Shown piece by piece: positions 38,404 through 47,114 of a stretch of DNA of 64,000 nt (position 1 is the stretch's first letter; each line of letters opens with the position of its first letter). Source of the stretch: Candidatus Bathyarchaeota archaeon (lineage in GTDB: Archaea; Thermoproteota; Bathyarchaeia; Bathyarchaeales; Bathycorpusculaceae); contig OY970280.1 of NCBI GenBank assembly GCA_963715865.1, positions 960,001 to 1,024,000 on the forward strand. Direction: 5' to 3'. A program made the translations under genes and the position numbers. The notes under the pieces are model-generated. The model was not told where the DNA came from, did not search any database, and saw only the letters and a list, made by a program, of their open reading frames with translations.

Positions 38404-39156
38404 CTAACATTTTTTCTGTTGGTCACAGTGTTTGCATACTTCAGCGATGTCGAGGTCTCCCAACTTCAAAATGTGTGGCCCTCGGTCTATTTTTGGCTGT
38501 TGTATTTGGTAACAGGATGGATATTCTTCTTCTTTCTCAATTTGATCGAGTGCTGATTTTGCTTCGTTTAGTTGTAAACCCATTTTTCCAGCCAACCAGT
38601 CGAGATAGTCCGCGATCTCATTCATCGAATATCCTTTCTCTTTTAAGTAAATTCCAGTGAGCCTTAATCCTCTATTGAAGCCGTCTTCAAATGTGCATGG
38701 GGAAAAGAGAGCTACGCATTTTTTCGGAGATTCTCTATGAACCCAGAAAAGCTCAGGTATCCACTTTGGTTGCTCTTCTATCTTTTTGCCACTAAGTTCT
38801 TCTACAGTTAATATTTTTGTTAAGGAGTCTCTTTCTTCCTGCGACATGAGTTTTTCTGCCATCCGTTGTACTTGCCTTCTGGCATCAGAACGTTGAACCA
38901 CTAAACCAAACTTCAATGTTGGATGGTTCTCCTTCAACAAATGAAAATGGAATAACTTTTCTTCATATCGAGCCTTGAGTTCGACTTCCCAAAGTATCTT
39001 TTCTTCGTTTTTCTCCCAACAAACATCTACTATAACTTTAGCCCTCTTAGGAATCTCAAAAGAAGGGTTTCCAATAACATAACCCTTTTCAATTCCTTGC
39101 TTCTTAAGCAAATCTGCTAACGTAGTATGCAAAGACACTATTTTCTTTTCTGGCAT
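38404..39156 (-). CDS. PD-(D/E)xK nuclease-like domain fused to a Cys-containing helical domain
   Basis: IVDVCW...LWEVELK in the N-half; C-half has YPSC...C..C...C. Confidence 0.5.
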   Translation of the reverse strand: MPEKKIVSLHTTLADLLKKQGIEKGYVIGNPSFEIPKRAKVIVDVCWEKNEEKILWEVELKARYEEKLFHFHLLKENHPTLKFGLVVQRSDARRQVQRMAEKLMSQEERDSLTKILTVEELSGKKIEEQPKWIPELFWVHRESPKKCVALFSPCTFEDGFNRGLRLTGIYLKEKGYSMNEIADYLDWLAGKMGLQLNEAKSALDQIEKEEEYPSCYQIQQPKIDRGPHILKLGDLDIAEVCKHCDQQKKC

Positions 39157-39168
39157 CTATTCACCTCC

Positions 39169-39696
39169 CTAAGAGCGCGCTGGCATTTTTCGAATGTAGT
39201 ATCTTGCCAGATCCGTTGTTTTTTCAAGTGGTTCTATGCCATGGCACATCCTGTCTAACATTTTTCGAAGCCTGCTTATCCCCATTTTTGAGATTTTAAT
39301 GGGAAGGCAGTGGTAGTCATATTTTACTATTATGCCATCCACTGAGTCTATCAGTTCCCTATTCTTTTCAATGTTGTCTCGCTTTTGTTTGTAACTCGTA
39401 AACCATTCATGTATTTTTTGATTTGAGATTTTATCGATGCACACATTGCCGACCTTAGACGTCTTTCCGCTACTATCGGCAACTACATAAATATCTTTGA
39501 TTCTTTCGTGACCACATACTTGACAATTAAGAAATACTTCTGAACGATAATGGTCAACGAGTCGGTAACTTTCACCTTCATACTGGAATTCGCCAACGGC
39601 CTTTATGTATTCTGGAATACTTGCATCCAATTCGCTCAAAACTTCGTCAGTTTTTGATATAATGTTCAATCGTTTCTTCAAACCTGTTTTACTCAT
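39169..39696 (-). CDS. MGE-type zinc-finger protein
   Basis: CQVCGH.RIK.IYVV......KVGNVC pattern. Confidence 0.6.
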   Translation of the reverse strand: MSKTGLKKRLNIISKTDEVLSELDASIPEYIKAVGEFQYEGESYRLVDHYRSEVFLNCQVCGHERIKDIYVVADSSGKTSKVGNVCIDKISNQKIHEWFTSYKQKRDNIEKNRELIDSVDGIIVKYDYHCLPIKISKMGISRLRKMLDRMCHGIEPLEKTTDLARYYIRKMPARS

Positions 39697-41758
39697 TTTT
39701 CGAAGATTCCTCCTCTTCCATCAACTCAGCCAACGTCTTTTTGCGATTCTCTGCGTTAACATCATCAGACGAAATTAGTGCATCTACAGCCTTTTGCTCG
39801 TTAGACGCGTTTTCGGAGTTATTTTCTGGTTCTAACGCTGATTCTTCCTTAGAAACTATTACCACCAAGGGGTCGCTTTGCACCCTATCATTTTTATTAT
39901 TTTCTATTGAAGGATTAGATAGGGTTAGATTAGATTGTATAGATATATTATTTTCGCCAACTTTATTTTTACTATCAGGTGGTAATAGTTTAGAAGAGAC
40001 TTCACTGTTAAATTCAGAGTGCGCGTCCATAATCATTTTATCAAATTCTTCTTCAGTTATCGGTGTTTCAGTTTTATCAATGAAATTAATTTTTGATAGG
40101 GCGTAAGTGACACCCCTGGTGGTAATTGTTTCTTTCCATGTTTTGAAGTCCTTTATCAATTTCGCCTTTAAATCAGGGTTAATTGGCAAATTGGCTCTAA
40201 GTGCACTAATTTCAGTTTGAATCTCCGAATTTGACGCATTTTTTAACGGGTAATATGTTAATTCTCGACTGTCAGATTGTTCGTCTTCGCGTATGTCAAC
40301 CCAGCCTAAATCGCATAGTCTTTCTAAATATCGTCTTGCTGTTTTTCTTGACGGCGCTTTGGTTGTTGGTGTCTTTTCGCCTTCATAATTCATGGTAGGA
40401 TTGTTTTTGTCGTAGATGTGATTTACAATTGTCTTTAAGGTTGCGCCGTTAACGTGGTGTTCAACGTATTCATGGTAAAACGTTAATGTGCGCTTATCCG
40501 TGTTTGTCTGTGTGGTTTCGTAAATGAACTTGAAGTGTTTTTCTGCGTTTATGAAGTCTTGAACTGTAGCTACAAAGAATTTTTCGCCTTCTATGGTGAA
40601 AATAGGACGCTGGAATAGTGACAGGATCGGTTTTGCAGATAGGAGTTGTTGAAAATGTTCGAAGTCTCGCATGTCTCTTACTTCTAATCCGCCTATTAAC
40701 TCGTCGCAGTTGGGGAAGGGATTAATGAATTTTAGGTCATACTTTTTGATTGTATCGCGTATATTTCGAATCAAGGCTTTAAACAATATTTTGTCTTGGG
40801 ATGGTTTGGATTCCCAGGGGTAAGATCGTTTAGTCGCGATTGTTTTTTTGCCAGCTCGGATTTTAGCTTCATTGGTGTCTGGAGTGTCTGAAATTACTCT
40901 GGTTGCAAATTCCGAATAGTAATATTCGTCGATGCTACAGAAAATGAAGGCTGGTGCACCTTCAAGAACTACAACATGAACGTGGCCGTGCTCATCGACA
41001 AATTTATGTGTAATTCGGGGGCCGTCATGCGACATAGTGCTTTTTAACATCGCTAAGGTTTCTTTTGGTACAGTTTCTAAGAGAATGTAGATTTTGCCAG
41101 TGAATTTTATTAGGTCGAATGCTGCTTTAACTTTTTTGTCCCATTTAGGTTTTTCAATTTTGTAAACGTCTAATGCGTCTTGGTATTCTTCTTTCCCATC
41201 ATAATTTTTGGGTTTTGGCGCGTGCGGTGCATCATCCATGTTTAATGGTTCCTCTTCGCCGTTCTCATTGATTGTCATAAGTTCGCCCTGTTCATGAGTA
41301 ATAACTTTAGGGCTTTGCGAAGCGACCGTTATTATGTCTTCTTCCGGGAAATACGCGAAGACTGCTGTGGTATCATAGGTTTTTCCGCTTCCGCTTTCGG
41401 TGCTCTTGTGGCTAACTGAGAAGGGATCAACATAGGCGCTTAGCCCAGCCGCTTTATTGTCCTCGATAACCGCGTCATCAAACTTAACTGTTCTATGAAT
41501 ATCTGCATTAAATCGTTCTTCAATTTTTGGGTCATAAGCTAATTGTTCCAGCGAGCTTTTCAGTTCCAGTGGTACATGAAAGCTTTCAAGGCATTGCGTG
41601 TTGAGTAGGTTTTGCATGATTTCTTTTCCTTTAGCGCGGCATTCAGGGCAAAGAAGCTTGCCTGTTGGTGTTTCGCGCGTGACATCTAAACTTGATATGC
41701 CGCAGGCTTCGCATGTCTGCTCGATTTTTCGGAATCGTAAAAATTTAGGGAATTTCAT
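39689..41758 (-). CDS. Putative replication ATPase/helicase (Zn finger + AAA+ P-loop + wHTH)
   Basis: CEAC...CPEC; ESGSGKT Walker A; GAPAFIFCS...EFATR; RD finger; C-terminal TARRYLERLCDLGWV wing. Confidence 0.7.
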   Translation of the reverse strand: MKFPKFLRFRKIEQTCEACGISSLDVTRETPTGKLLCPECRAKGKEIMQNLLNTQCLESFHVPLELKSSLEQLAYDPKIEERFNADIHRTVKFDDAVIEDNKAAGLSAYVDPFSVSHKSTESGSGKTYDTTAVFAYFPEEDIITVASQSPKVITHEQGELMTINENGEEEPLNMDDAPHAPKPKNYDGKEEYQDALDVYKIEKPKWDKKVKAAFDLIKFTGKIYILLETVPKETLAMLKSTMSHDGPRITHKFVDEHGHVHVVVLEGAPAFIFCSIDEYYYSEFATRVISDTPDTNEAKIRAGKKTIATKRSYPWESKPSQDKILFKALIRNIRDTIKKYDLKFINPFPNCDELIGGLEVRDMRDFEHFQQLLSAKPILSLFQRPIFTIEGEKFFVATVQDFINAEKHFKFIYETTQTNTDKRTLTFYHEYVEHHVNGATLKTIVNHIYDKNNPTMNYEGEKTPTTKAPSRKTARRYLERLCDLGWVDIREDEQSDSRELTYYPLKNASNSEIQTEISALRANLPINPDLKAKLIKDFKTWKETITTRGVTYALSKINFIDKTETPITEEEFDKMIMDAHSEFNSEVSSKLLPPDSKNKVGENNISIQSNLTLSNPSIENNKNDRVQSDPLVVIVSKEESALEPENNSENASNEQKAVDALISSDDVNAENRKKTLAELMEEEESSKNE

Positions 41759-41868
41759 TGTGGAATCACTTCAAGCGCTTTTAACCGCGCTTCAATTTTG
41801 TCGAAAACCAGGTTCATTTCACGAATAAGGTCACGGATTGTAAATTCTTCACTTTTTGGGTTCATCAT
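41755..41868 (-). CDS. 37-aa coiled-coil peptide coupled to the ATPase gene
   Basis: Manual translation MMNPKSEEFTIRDLIREMNLVFDKIEARLKALEVIPQ; ATGA overlap. Confidence 0.4.
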   Translation of the reverse strand: MMNPKSEEFTIRDLIREMNLVFDKIEARLKALEVIPQ

Positions 41869-42169
41869 GCAAATCAACTTTTTTCATTTTTTCCCTCCAA
41901 GCTCCATCTTCCAGCTTCGTTTTTTGGTTTGCATGTTCGTCGTAACCGAAAGAGCGTTTGCATCGACCATATTTATAGTTTTCCAACTTTTTCTAATTTC
42001 TAATTTTATTTCTACCGTTTATTTTCCCCAATTTTAAAAAAACTAAAAGGGCAACCTTAGAGCCTTAGTCGGCAGTCTTACGAAATCCAAAATCCAGCGC
42101 TTTTTGGGCAAAGTCAATGAAATTCCAAAGATCGCAAGACCGCTATCGACGGGGTTTGAGTTGCATAGG

Positions 42170-42445
42170 CTTTTCTGGCGCTCCTGAGGTGAGTCAAGGT
42201 TATCCAGACGCTGAAACGCGGAAATTAGACGAATAGATGAAACCGCGCTCAGTGCTCGCGCGAACTCTGAGACGCTGGAACAGCGCATTCGGAGCCTAAG
42301 CGCGCTTAGAGCGCTACGTGTGGTAAATAAGCCTGAGTGTTCCGAAGAGGCCTACTTACCACACGCTGACTGGACGGTTGGAGAATTCATGGCAAGCCAA
42401 CCGGCGCACAAGTGGAGGAGAATCAAGGCTTGTGCTATGTCAGTT
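42170..42445 (-). ncRNA. Candidate structured non-coding RNA or ssDNA structure
   Basis: 17-bp stem (42317-42365) that pairs fully on the minus strand with 2 G-U pairs and has C(UUCG)G in its loop; adjacent three-stem junction 42366-42443; 14-bp palindrome 42296-42309. Confidence 0.55.
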
Positions 42446-42605
42446 TAATGTCTGTAATGGTTTGCGTGGAGGGCTTCTTTGAAAGGGCAGTGAATTGTGG
42501 TTCTTGACGGTGCATGGTAAAGCGCTGTATTGTCGCACGTTTCGGAAAAACTGATACCAGTTTGTTGTGGTCTTTCTGGCTCTTCCGCGTTGTCGGTCTG
42601 TCATG

Positions 42606-43304
42606 CTATCGCCTGCTCTTTGCGTGATAAATGGGGCCTAGCGTAGTGGTTCCGTCTGGTTGTGGTGTTGGAAGTCCGCCGCCTATTTCAAAGTCGTCAG
42701 AGTTCACGATTTTCAGGTTGCCACGCGAGTCTGTTGTCAGCAGTGCTTTGTCGAGCGGTACATCGGGACTCAATGCGCCGACGAGGTGCGTTCCTTTGGT
42801 TAAGTTAGGAACGACTCCGCTTAGGTGTGGCGCGATTTTCTCCAGTTCTGCCTCAATCGCGTTGAACGCGGCAAGCCTTTTATCGAACTTTGCCATTTTC
42901 ATCTCTAAACATTCTCTGAGTGCGCGCTGTTCACCTAATAATTGCGCAAGCCCCAAAGCTTCAACCGCGACAACGTTGGTTCTACCTCTTAGATGGAGGT
43001 CGAGTTTTTCCATCAGATCGCATTCTATACTTAACGCGGCAGTGACTAACTTTGAGGTTTCAATGTTCGCTTTTAGCTCTTCCGTAAATTGTGTCATAGT
43101 AGCTTTCCACCATTTCCCGACGGTAATTTCGCTATCTAAATTGGCGAATTGCTTTGCTGCACTGGGAGTATTGGATGTTATGACTTGATGAGTCGGGAAG
43201 TCTCGCTGAAGCATTTCATAGGCCTTTTCCAATATAGCGTAAGCGTTCCGCACGTCTGCGTCTGCGTCAAACATTTTCAAGTTATTAAAAGTTTCAAGTT
43301 TCAT
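42606..43304 (-). CDS. Hypothetical helical protein
   Basis: 232 aa with a GAGGTGA Shine-Dalgarno upstream. Confidence 0.8.
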   Translation of the reverse strand: MKLETFNNLKMFDADADVRNAYAILEKAYEMLQRDFPTHQVITSNTPSAAKQFANLDSEITVGKWWKATMTQFTEELKANIETSKLVTAALSIECDLMEKLDLHLRGRTNVVAVEALGLAQLLGEQRALRECLEMKMAKFDKRLAAFNAIEAELEKIAPHLSGVVPNLTKGTHLVGALSPDVPLDKALLTTDSRGNLKIVNSDDFEIGGGLPTPQPDGTTTLGPIYHAKSRR

Positions 43305-43319
43305 GTTTTTTCACCTCTA

Positions 43320-43706
43320 TTAAAGCCATATCGTATTTTTTTCTTGTACCGTTAAAACTTTTAGTCGCCAATCTGAGCATGGAGCGCCGTTATGAATAAA
43401 AGCTGGCGAACCAAGTTTGCAGCGCTCGCGCTTTGTATCATTCATGAGACAGGTAAATTCTACTTGATCGTAAGGCGCGTACATTTTAATGCGCCAGTCG
43501 TCTGGGTTAGCCATTACCGCGCTTTGCGACAATTCGACACGGTGAATGTGATCGCATGAACGGCAGCATCCGGGCATTTGGCACTTTTCGCATGGCGGTG
43601 AACAGGCGGGTTTAGGCAATTCTGCAACTTCGGATTCTGAAGGTTTCTTAGGTTGATTAGTTTGTTCTTGCATAATTTTTTTCTTCCTACGAAATGGATT
43701 TTTCAT
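43320..43706 (-). CDS. Cys-rich putative metal-binding protein
   Basis: CSPPCEKCQMPGCCRSCDH...C...C...CSDW. Confidence 0.7.
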   Translation of the reverse strand: MKNPFRRKKKIMQEQTNQPKKPSESEVAELPKPACSPPCEKCQMPGCCRSCDHIHRVELSQSAVMANPDDWRIKMYAPYDQVEFTCLMNDTKRERCKLGSPAFIHNGAPCSDWRLKVLTVQEKNTIWL

Positions 43707-43847
43707 TTACTTTCAACTCTCGGGTTTCGTTCATTCCAAGCTGTTCTGGCTGACCGAAACATTCCATTATGACTTTTTCAAACGCGCGGATGCGCTTGGT
43801 GTGGCTGGAGATATTGCATCTTGTTTTCTCTTTTTTAGAAACTTTGC

Positions 43848-44159
43848 TCATTTTTCGTTCTCCTCTGCTTCTGGATACTTTGGATATTTGTTTATTGTTT
43901 GGGCAATCCGCAAAACCACGACCACGACTCCGTGTTTAATAGCGCAATCAAAAAGTGACATTGCCAAAACGGAGTCAGAAAGACCTATGACGCTTTCAGT
44001 TAATGCGAAGTGTTTAATTGGAAAACCGAGCAGTTTTTTGGCGTCGCGGTAGAATGCCTGCCTTCCTTTCCCATTAGCCGCAAAATCGTAATCCACAATG
44101 TAATACTCTGTGTGTGCGCCTAATTCCTGAATTTTTCGCATAAAAATGACCTTACTCAT
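43848..44159 (-). CDS. Cas2/VapD-like small ferredoxin-fold protein
   Basis: YYIVDYDF....GRQAFYR..KKLLG......TESVI resembles the Cas2 pattern hhhhYDh...R...h.K.L..hG...Q.SVF. Confidence 0.5.
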   Translation of the reverse strand: MSKVIFMRKIQELGAHTEYYIVDYDFAANGKGRQAFYRDAKKLLGFPIKHFALTESVIGLSDSVLAMSLFDCAIKHGVVVVVLRIAQTINKYPKYPEAEENEK

Positions 44160-44184
44160 TTTCTTTCACATTTCACTTTTTCAT

Positions 44185-44406
44185 TTATGTGATTAAAGGA
44201 TTTTTTACGCTTGGAACAAGTTGTTTAAGATCGGAGAAAGCTATTTTGTAGAGAATCTGATGATGGCATTCGGGGCATTCAAAAGTCATTATAATTAAGG
44301 GGTCTTTGCCGACGTTTATGACTTCAGCTTTAACGGTTTTCAGCAGAACCTCAGATTTTTTATGTACACAGAAGAAATGTTGCTGATTCATCAATGCCTG
44401 CGCCAT
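44185..44406 (-). CDS. Small zinc-ribbon protein
   Basis: FFCVH...FECPECH. Confidence 0.65.
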   Translation of the reverse strand: MAQALMNQQHFFCVHKKSEVLLKTVKAEVINVGKDPLIIMTFECPECHHQILYKIAFSDLKQLVPSVKNPLIT

Positions 44407-44437
44407 TAACTTCGCCTCCGTTTTAATTCACTCATTC

Positions 44438-46165
44438 TTATTTGCCTCCGCGATAAAGTTTCTGTTGCGCAAACGCTTGCGATAAAGCCGTGACTAAAGG
44501 AGTTTCAAGACCGTTTATGATTGCTTGTGTTAAAGCATTTGTGAAATCCTGCAAACTTGCGTTAACTCCTAAACTTGCAATGCTAATTGTGGGGTTAACA
44601 GTGATTTGGAAAGTGTTTTCGTTTGTTACGGAGCCACCGCCACTTTCAGCCGTTGTTGCTAATGGAGTTACTGTGCCGACGTTGCTTAATGCTTCGCCAA
44701 GATTTTCGTTTAACGGCATAACAGCTTCTGGGCCAGATTCGCCAACCATTGCCAATGTTGGTTGAGTCACTACAGCGCCCCCTGCTAAGCCAATAGCGCT
44801 AAAAGCACCACCGATAGCTGATCCAACACCACCAAGCGCACTTCCAATGGTTCCGAAAAAGCCAGCGATTGGCTTCAACACTGTATTATAAACTGTTTCC
44901 AACGCGTCAAAAACAGGTTTAATCAATATATTGTATGCCGAACTGAGACCACTTGAAAGAGTGTTCCACGCAGCAAGCAATGTATCAACAATGAATGTTC
45001 CAAGCGGCGCTAAAACGTCGTTCCAAACCAATGTAAGCGCATCTTTAACGTCGTTTACGGCTGTTTGAATAAGGCCCCAAGCAACTTCGAAGGGTTTAAG
45101 GTACAGGTTAACCCAAACTTCTCCGATAAATTTGCCCAATGGAACAAGCACGTTATTCCATAAGAATGTTAATGCGCCTTCAATATCATCCAACGCAGTT
45201 TTTAATGCTCCTCCTAACACCGAACCAATCTCATTTATTGCATCGCGGAAAGGCGCGCAGTTCTGGTATGCTTCATAGATTCCAACTGCTAAGAGAGCGA
45301 TGCCAGTGATTACAAGAATGATGGGGTTTGCGGCGAGAAAATCCATTGCTCCCGAAATACCCTCAATCCCGCCAGACACGGCTGAACTGATGCCTGGAAA
45401 AGCTGTCATAAGTGTGGACATACCTGCAAATACGCTGGTAACAGCGGGGATGACGCTTACGCCAGTCATCATGAAGTCGTTGTTTAAGTTGCGTTGACCT
45501 TCAGTGACTCGTTCATTCGCAACCGTTAACGCGTCCTGCGCTGCACTAAGCTTACTCGCCGCTAAGGTTGCCTGCGGACTATCTGCTCCATACTTCGCGA
45601 CGGCTGTATTGTACGCATTTTGCGCCGACGTAACCGCATTAGTATCTCTCTCAACTGTAACATGAGCCTTGTCCAGGCTAACTTGCGCGTTTTCGATGTT
45701 GCTTACGCCCATGACAAGCATCGCGCCTGAAGATGCTAATTGCCCAACCGCTCCTACCTGTCGCAAAGTGCTGGCAGACGCCGCGTCAGTGGCTGAAACT
45801 GTTTGTCCCTGAGCGTTTACAGTCGTGGTTGCACTGGTTAAATTCGCGTTTGCAACATTTTCCGTCGCGGTTTGTGCTCCACTTAAGCTGCTGTTCACGT
45901 TCACCATTGAACTTTCGACATTTTGACTCACTGTGGCTGCAGTACTGCTAATCTGGTTTAGACTTTGATCAATATTTTCACTTGCTGTAGAAAATGCATT
46001 TTCGACGGAGGAAGCGGCATTTTCCATGCCACTTTCAAAAGTGGTCATTGGGGTACTGACATCTTCGATGCTGCCGCTTAATCCGCTTAATGCACTTTCC
46101 ATTCCACTAATCGCGCTGCTAACCTGATCTGATAATGTGAATTGGAATTGAACTGGAAAACTCAA
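44438..46165 (-). CDS. Phage tail tape-measure protein (575 aa)
   Basis: N-terminal ...TLSDQVS, Ala/Ser coiled coils, KYGADSPQA, amphipathic ~11-residue W/F repeats (LTFLWNNVLVPLG...LTLVWNDVLAPLG), C-terminal LAGGAVVTQPTLAMVGESGPEAVMPL; TTG start after GGAGG. Confidence 0.85.
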   Translation of the reverse strand: MSFPVQFQFTLSDQVSSAISGMESALSGLSGSIEDVSTPMTTFESGMENAASSVENAFSTASENIDQSLNQISSTAATVSQNVESSMVNVNSSLSGAQTATENVANANLTSATTTVNAQGQTVSATDAASASTLRQVGAVGQLASSGAMLVMGVSNIENAQVSLDKAHVTVERDTNAVTSAQNAYNTAVAKYGADSPQATLAASKLSAAQDALTVANERVTEGQRNLNNDFMMTGVSVIPAVTSVFAGMSTLMTAFPGISSAVSGGIEGISGAMDFLAANPIILVITGIALLAVGIYEAYQNCAPFRDAINEIGSVLGGALKTALDDIEGALTFLWNNVLVPLGKFIGEVWVNLYLKPFEVAWGLIQTAVNDVKDALTLVWNDVLAPLGTFIVDTLLAAWNTLSSGLSSAYNILIKPVFDALETVYNTVLKPIAGFFGTIGSALGGVGSAIGGAFSAIGLAGGAVVTQPTLAMVGESGPEAVMPLNENLGEALSNVGTVTPLATTAESGGGSVTNENTFQITVNPTISIASLGVNASLQDFTNALTQAIINGLETPLVTALSQAFAQQKLYRGGK

Positions 46166-46167
46166 TT

Positions 46168-46341
46168 TTAAGCCTCCGATGCTTTTTCAATAATTAGCCG
46201 TTCATTGTCGATGCGGACTAAAATTTTAGTGGGTAGTTTAGGAAACGGAAAACTTGAATCTGACATGACACAAGATGGAATGTACACGATCCCAGTTTTC
46301 GCGCATGGATGCGCTATTAATCTTCCGACGCTTTCACGCAT
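46168..46341 (-). CDS. 57-aa AbrB/SpoVT-like DNA-binding protein
   Basis: Manual translation MRESVGRLIAHPCAKTGIVYIPSCVMSDSSFPFPKLPTKILVRIDNERLIIEKASEA; its 3' end contains the tape-measure SD. Confidence 0.65.
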   Translation of the reverse strand: MRESVGRLIAHPCAKTGIVYIPSCVMSDSSFPFPKLPTKILVRIDNERLIIEKASEA

Positions 46342-46394
46342 TTTTCGGTCTCTCTTTTTTCTTGCCTATGTTCCAGAGACCGTTCCACGCTATG

Positions 46395-46635
46395 CGCGAA
46401 AGCGACCTATTTCCAAGTTTTCCTTAGAGAGCATTGGAGCTTTAAGTCACTGAGTGCTTGTCGGGTCTTACACGCGAGCTGGGGTGATACTCCTTCCGTC
46501 TCGCCGAAGCTCAGGATACAGTTCCTTCCACTACGCAGAGCCCTGTGACTCCAGTATGGACTATGGACGGTGCCGCACGTCCTCGGCTTACGGTTGCTCC
46601 GTTGCTCCCATTACTAAGGCGAAAGTGAAGTAAAG
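46395..46635. ncRNA. Second candidate structured non-coding region
   Basis: GC-richer than its flanks with no credible ORF; CGC-GAAA-GCG, GAGCT/AGCTC, GGACG/CGTCC and TTACT..GC-GAAA-GT..AGTAA stems. Confidence 0.4.
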
Positions 46636-46803
46636 CAAATTTGGCTTCATGCTTAGCTTCGCATTATTAGGCTTGATTTCAATGTTTGTTTGGCTATTCC
46701 GCCTTAGCAGATTTAGTATTGTTGCGCCTGCTTAAAAACTTTACGCATTTTTAGCATAAATAATATTAAAAGTAACTTTTTTATCAATAAATTGAATAGA
46801 ATA

Positions 46804-46860
46804 AAATACTAACATATAAGTTAGTATTTGTTTGAAATATTAACATATAAGTTAGTATTT
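46804..46860. promoter_or_regulatory. Tandem 26-bp dyads AAATA(C/T)TAAC-ATATAA-GTTAGTATTT (31-bp period) in an AT-rich tract; operator or origin
   Basis: Copies at 46804-46829 and 46835-46860. Confidence 0.8.
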
Positions 46861-47114
46861 GTGATATGTTAAGATTTGTCAGTTAACTAACCACGTTTTT
46901 AAAAGGCCGCGCTAATCGCAAGAATCACAAGATAAATTCTCGCCACAGATTGACTTATCCCATCTATTTCTTAATAGGATCGCTGAGAATCGCTTTAAAC
47001 ACTGGATTGACTGAGAAAAAGTGAGTTGTTACCCTACCCTAAACAATGCAGAAAAGCGACTCAGCAACATAGGCGTTTGCTAAAATACAAAAAAAAGAAG
47101 GGTTATTAGACTTT

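Noticed and set aside
41598-42288. ORFs 41598-41828, 41798-42037 and 42043-42288
   Set aside because: Antisense shadows of real genes, or ORFs overlapping the structured region, with non-protein-like composition.
46560-46635. HDV-like or twister ribozyme (TCCTCG...GGCGAA; TAA...AAGCC)
   Set aside because: I could not build the required P3/P1 or pseudoknot pairings on either strand. Kept only as a generic structured candidate.
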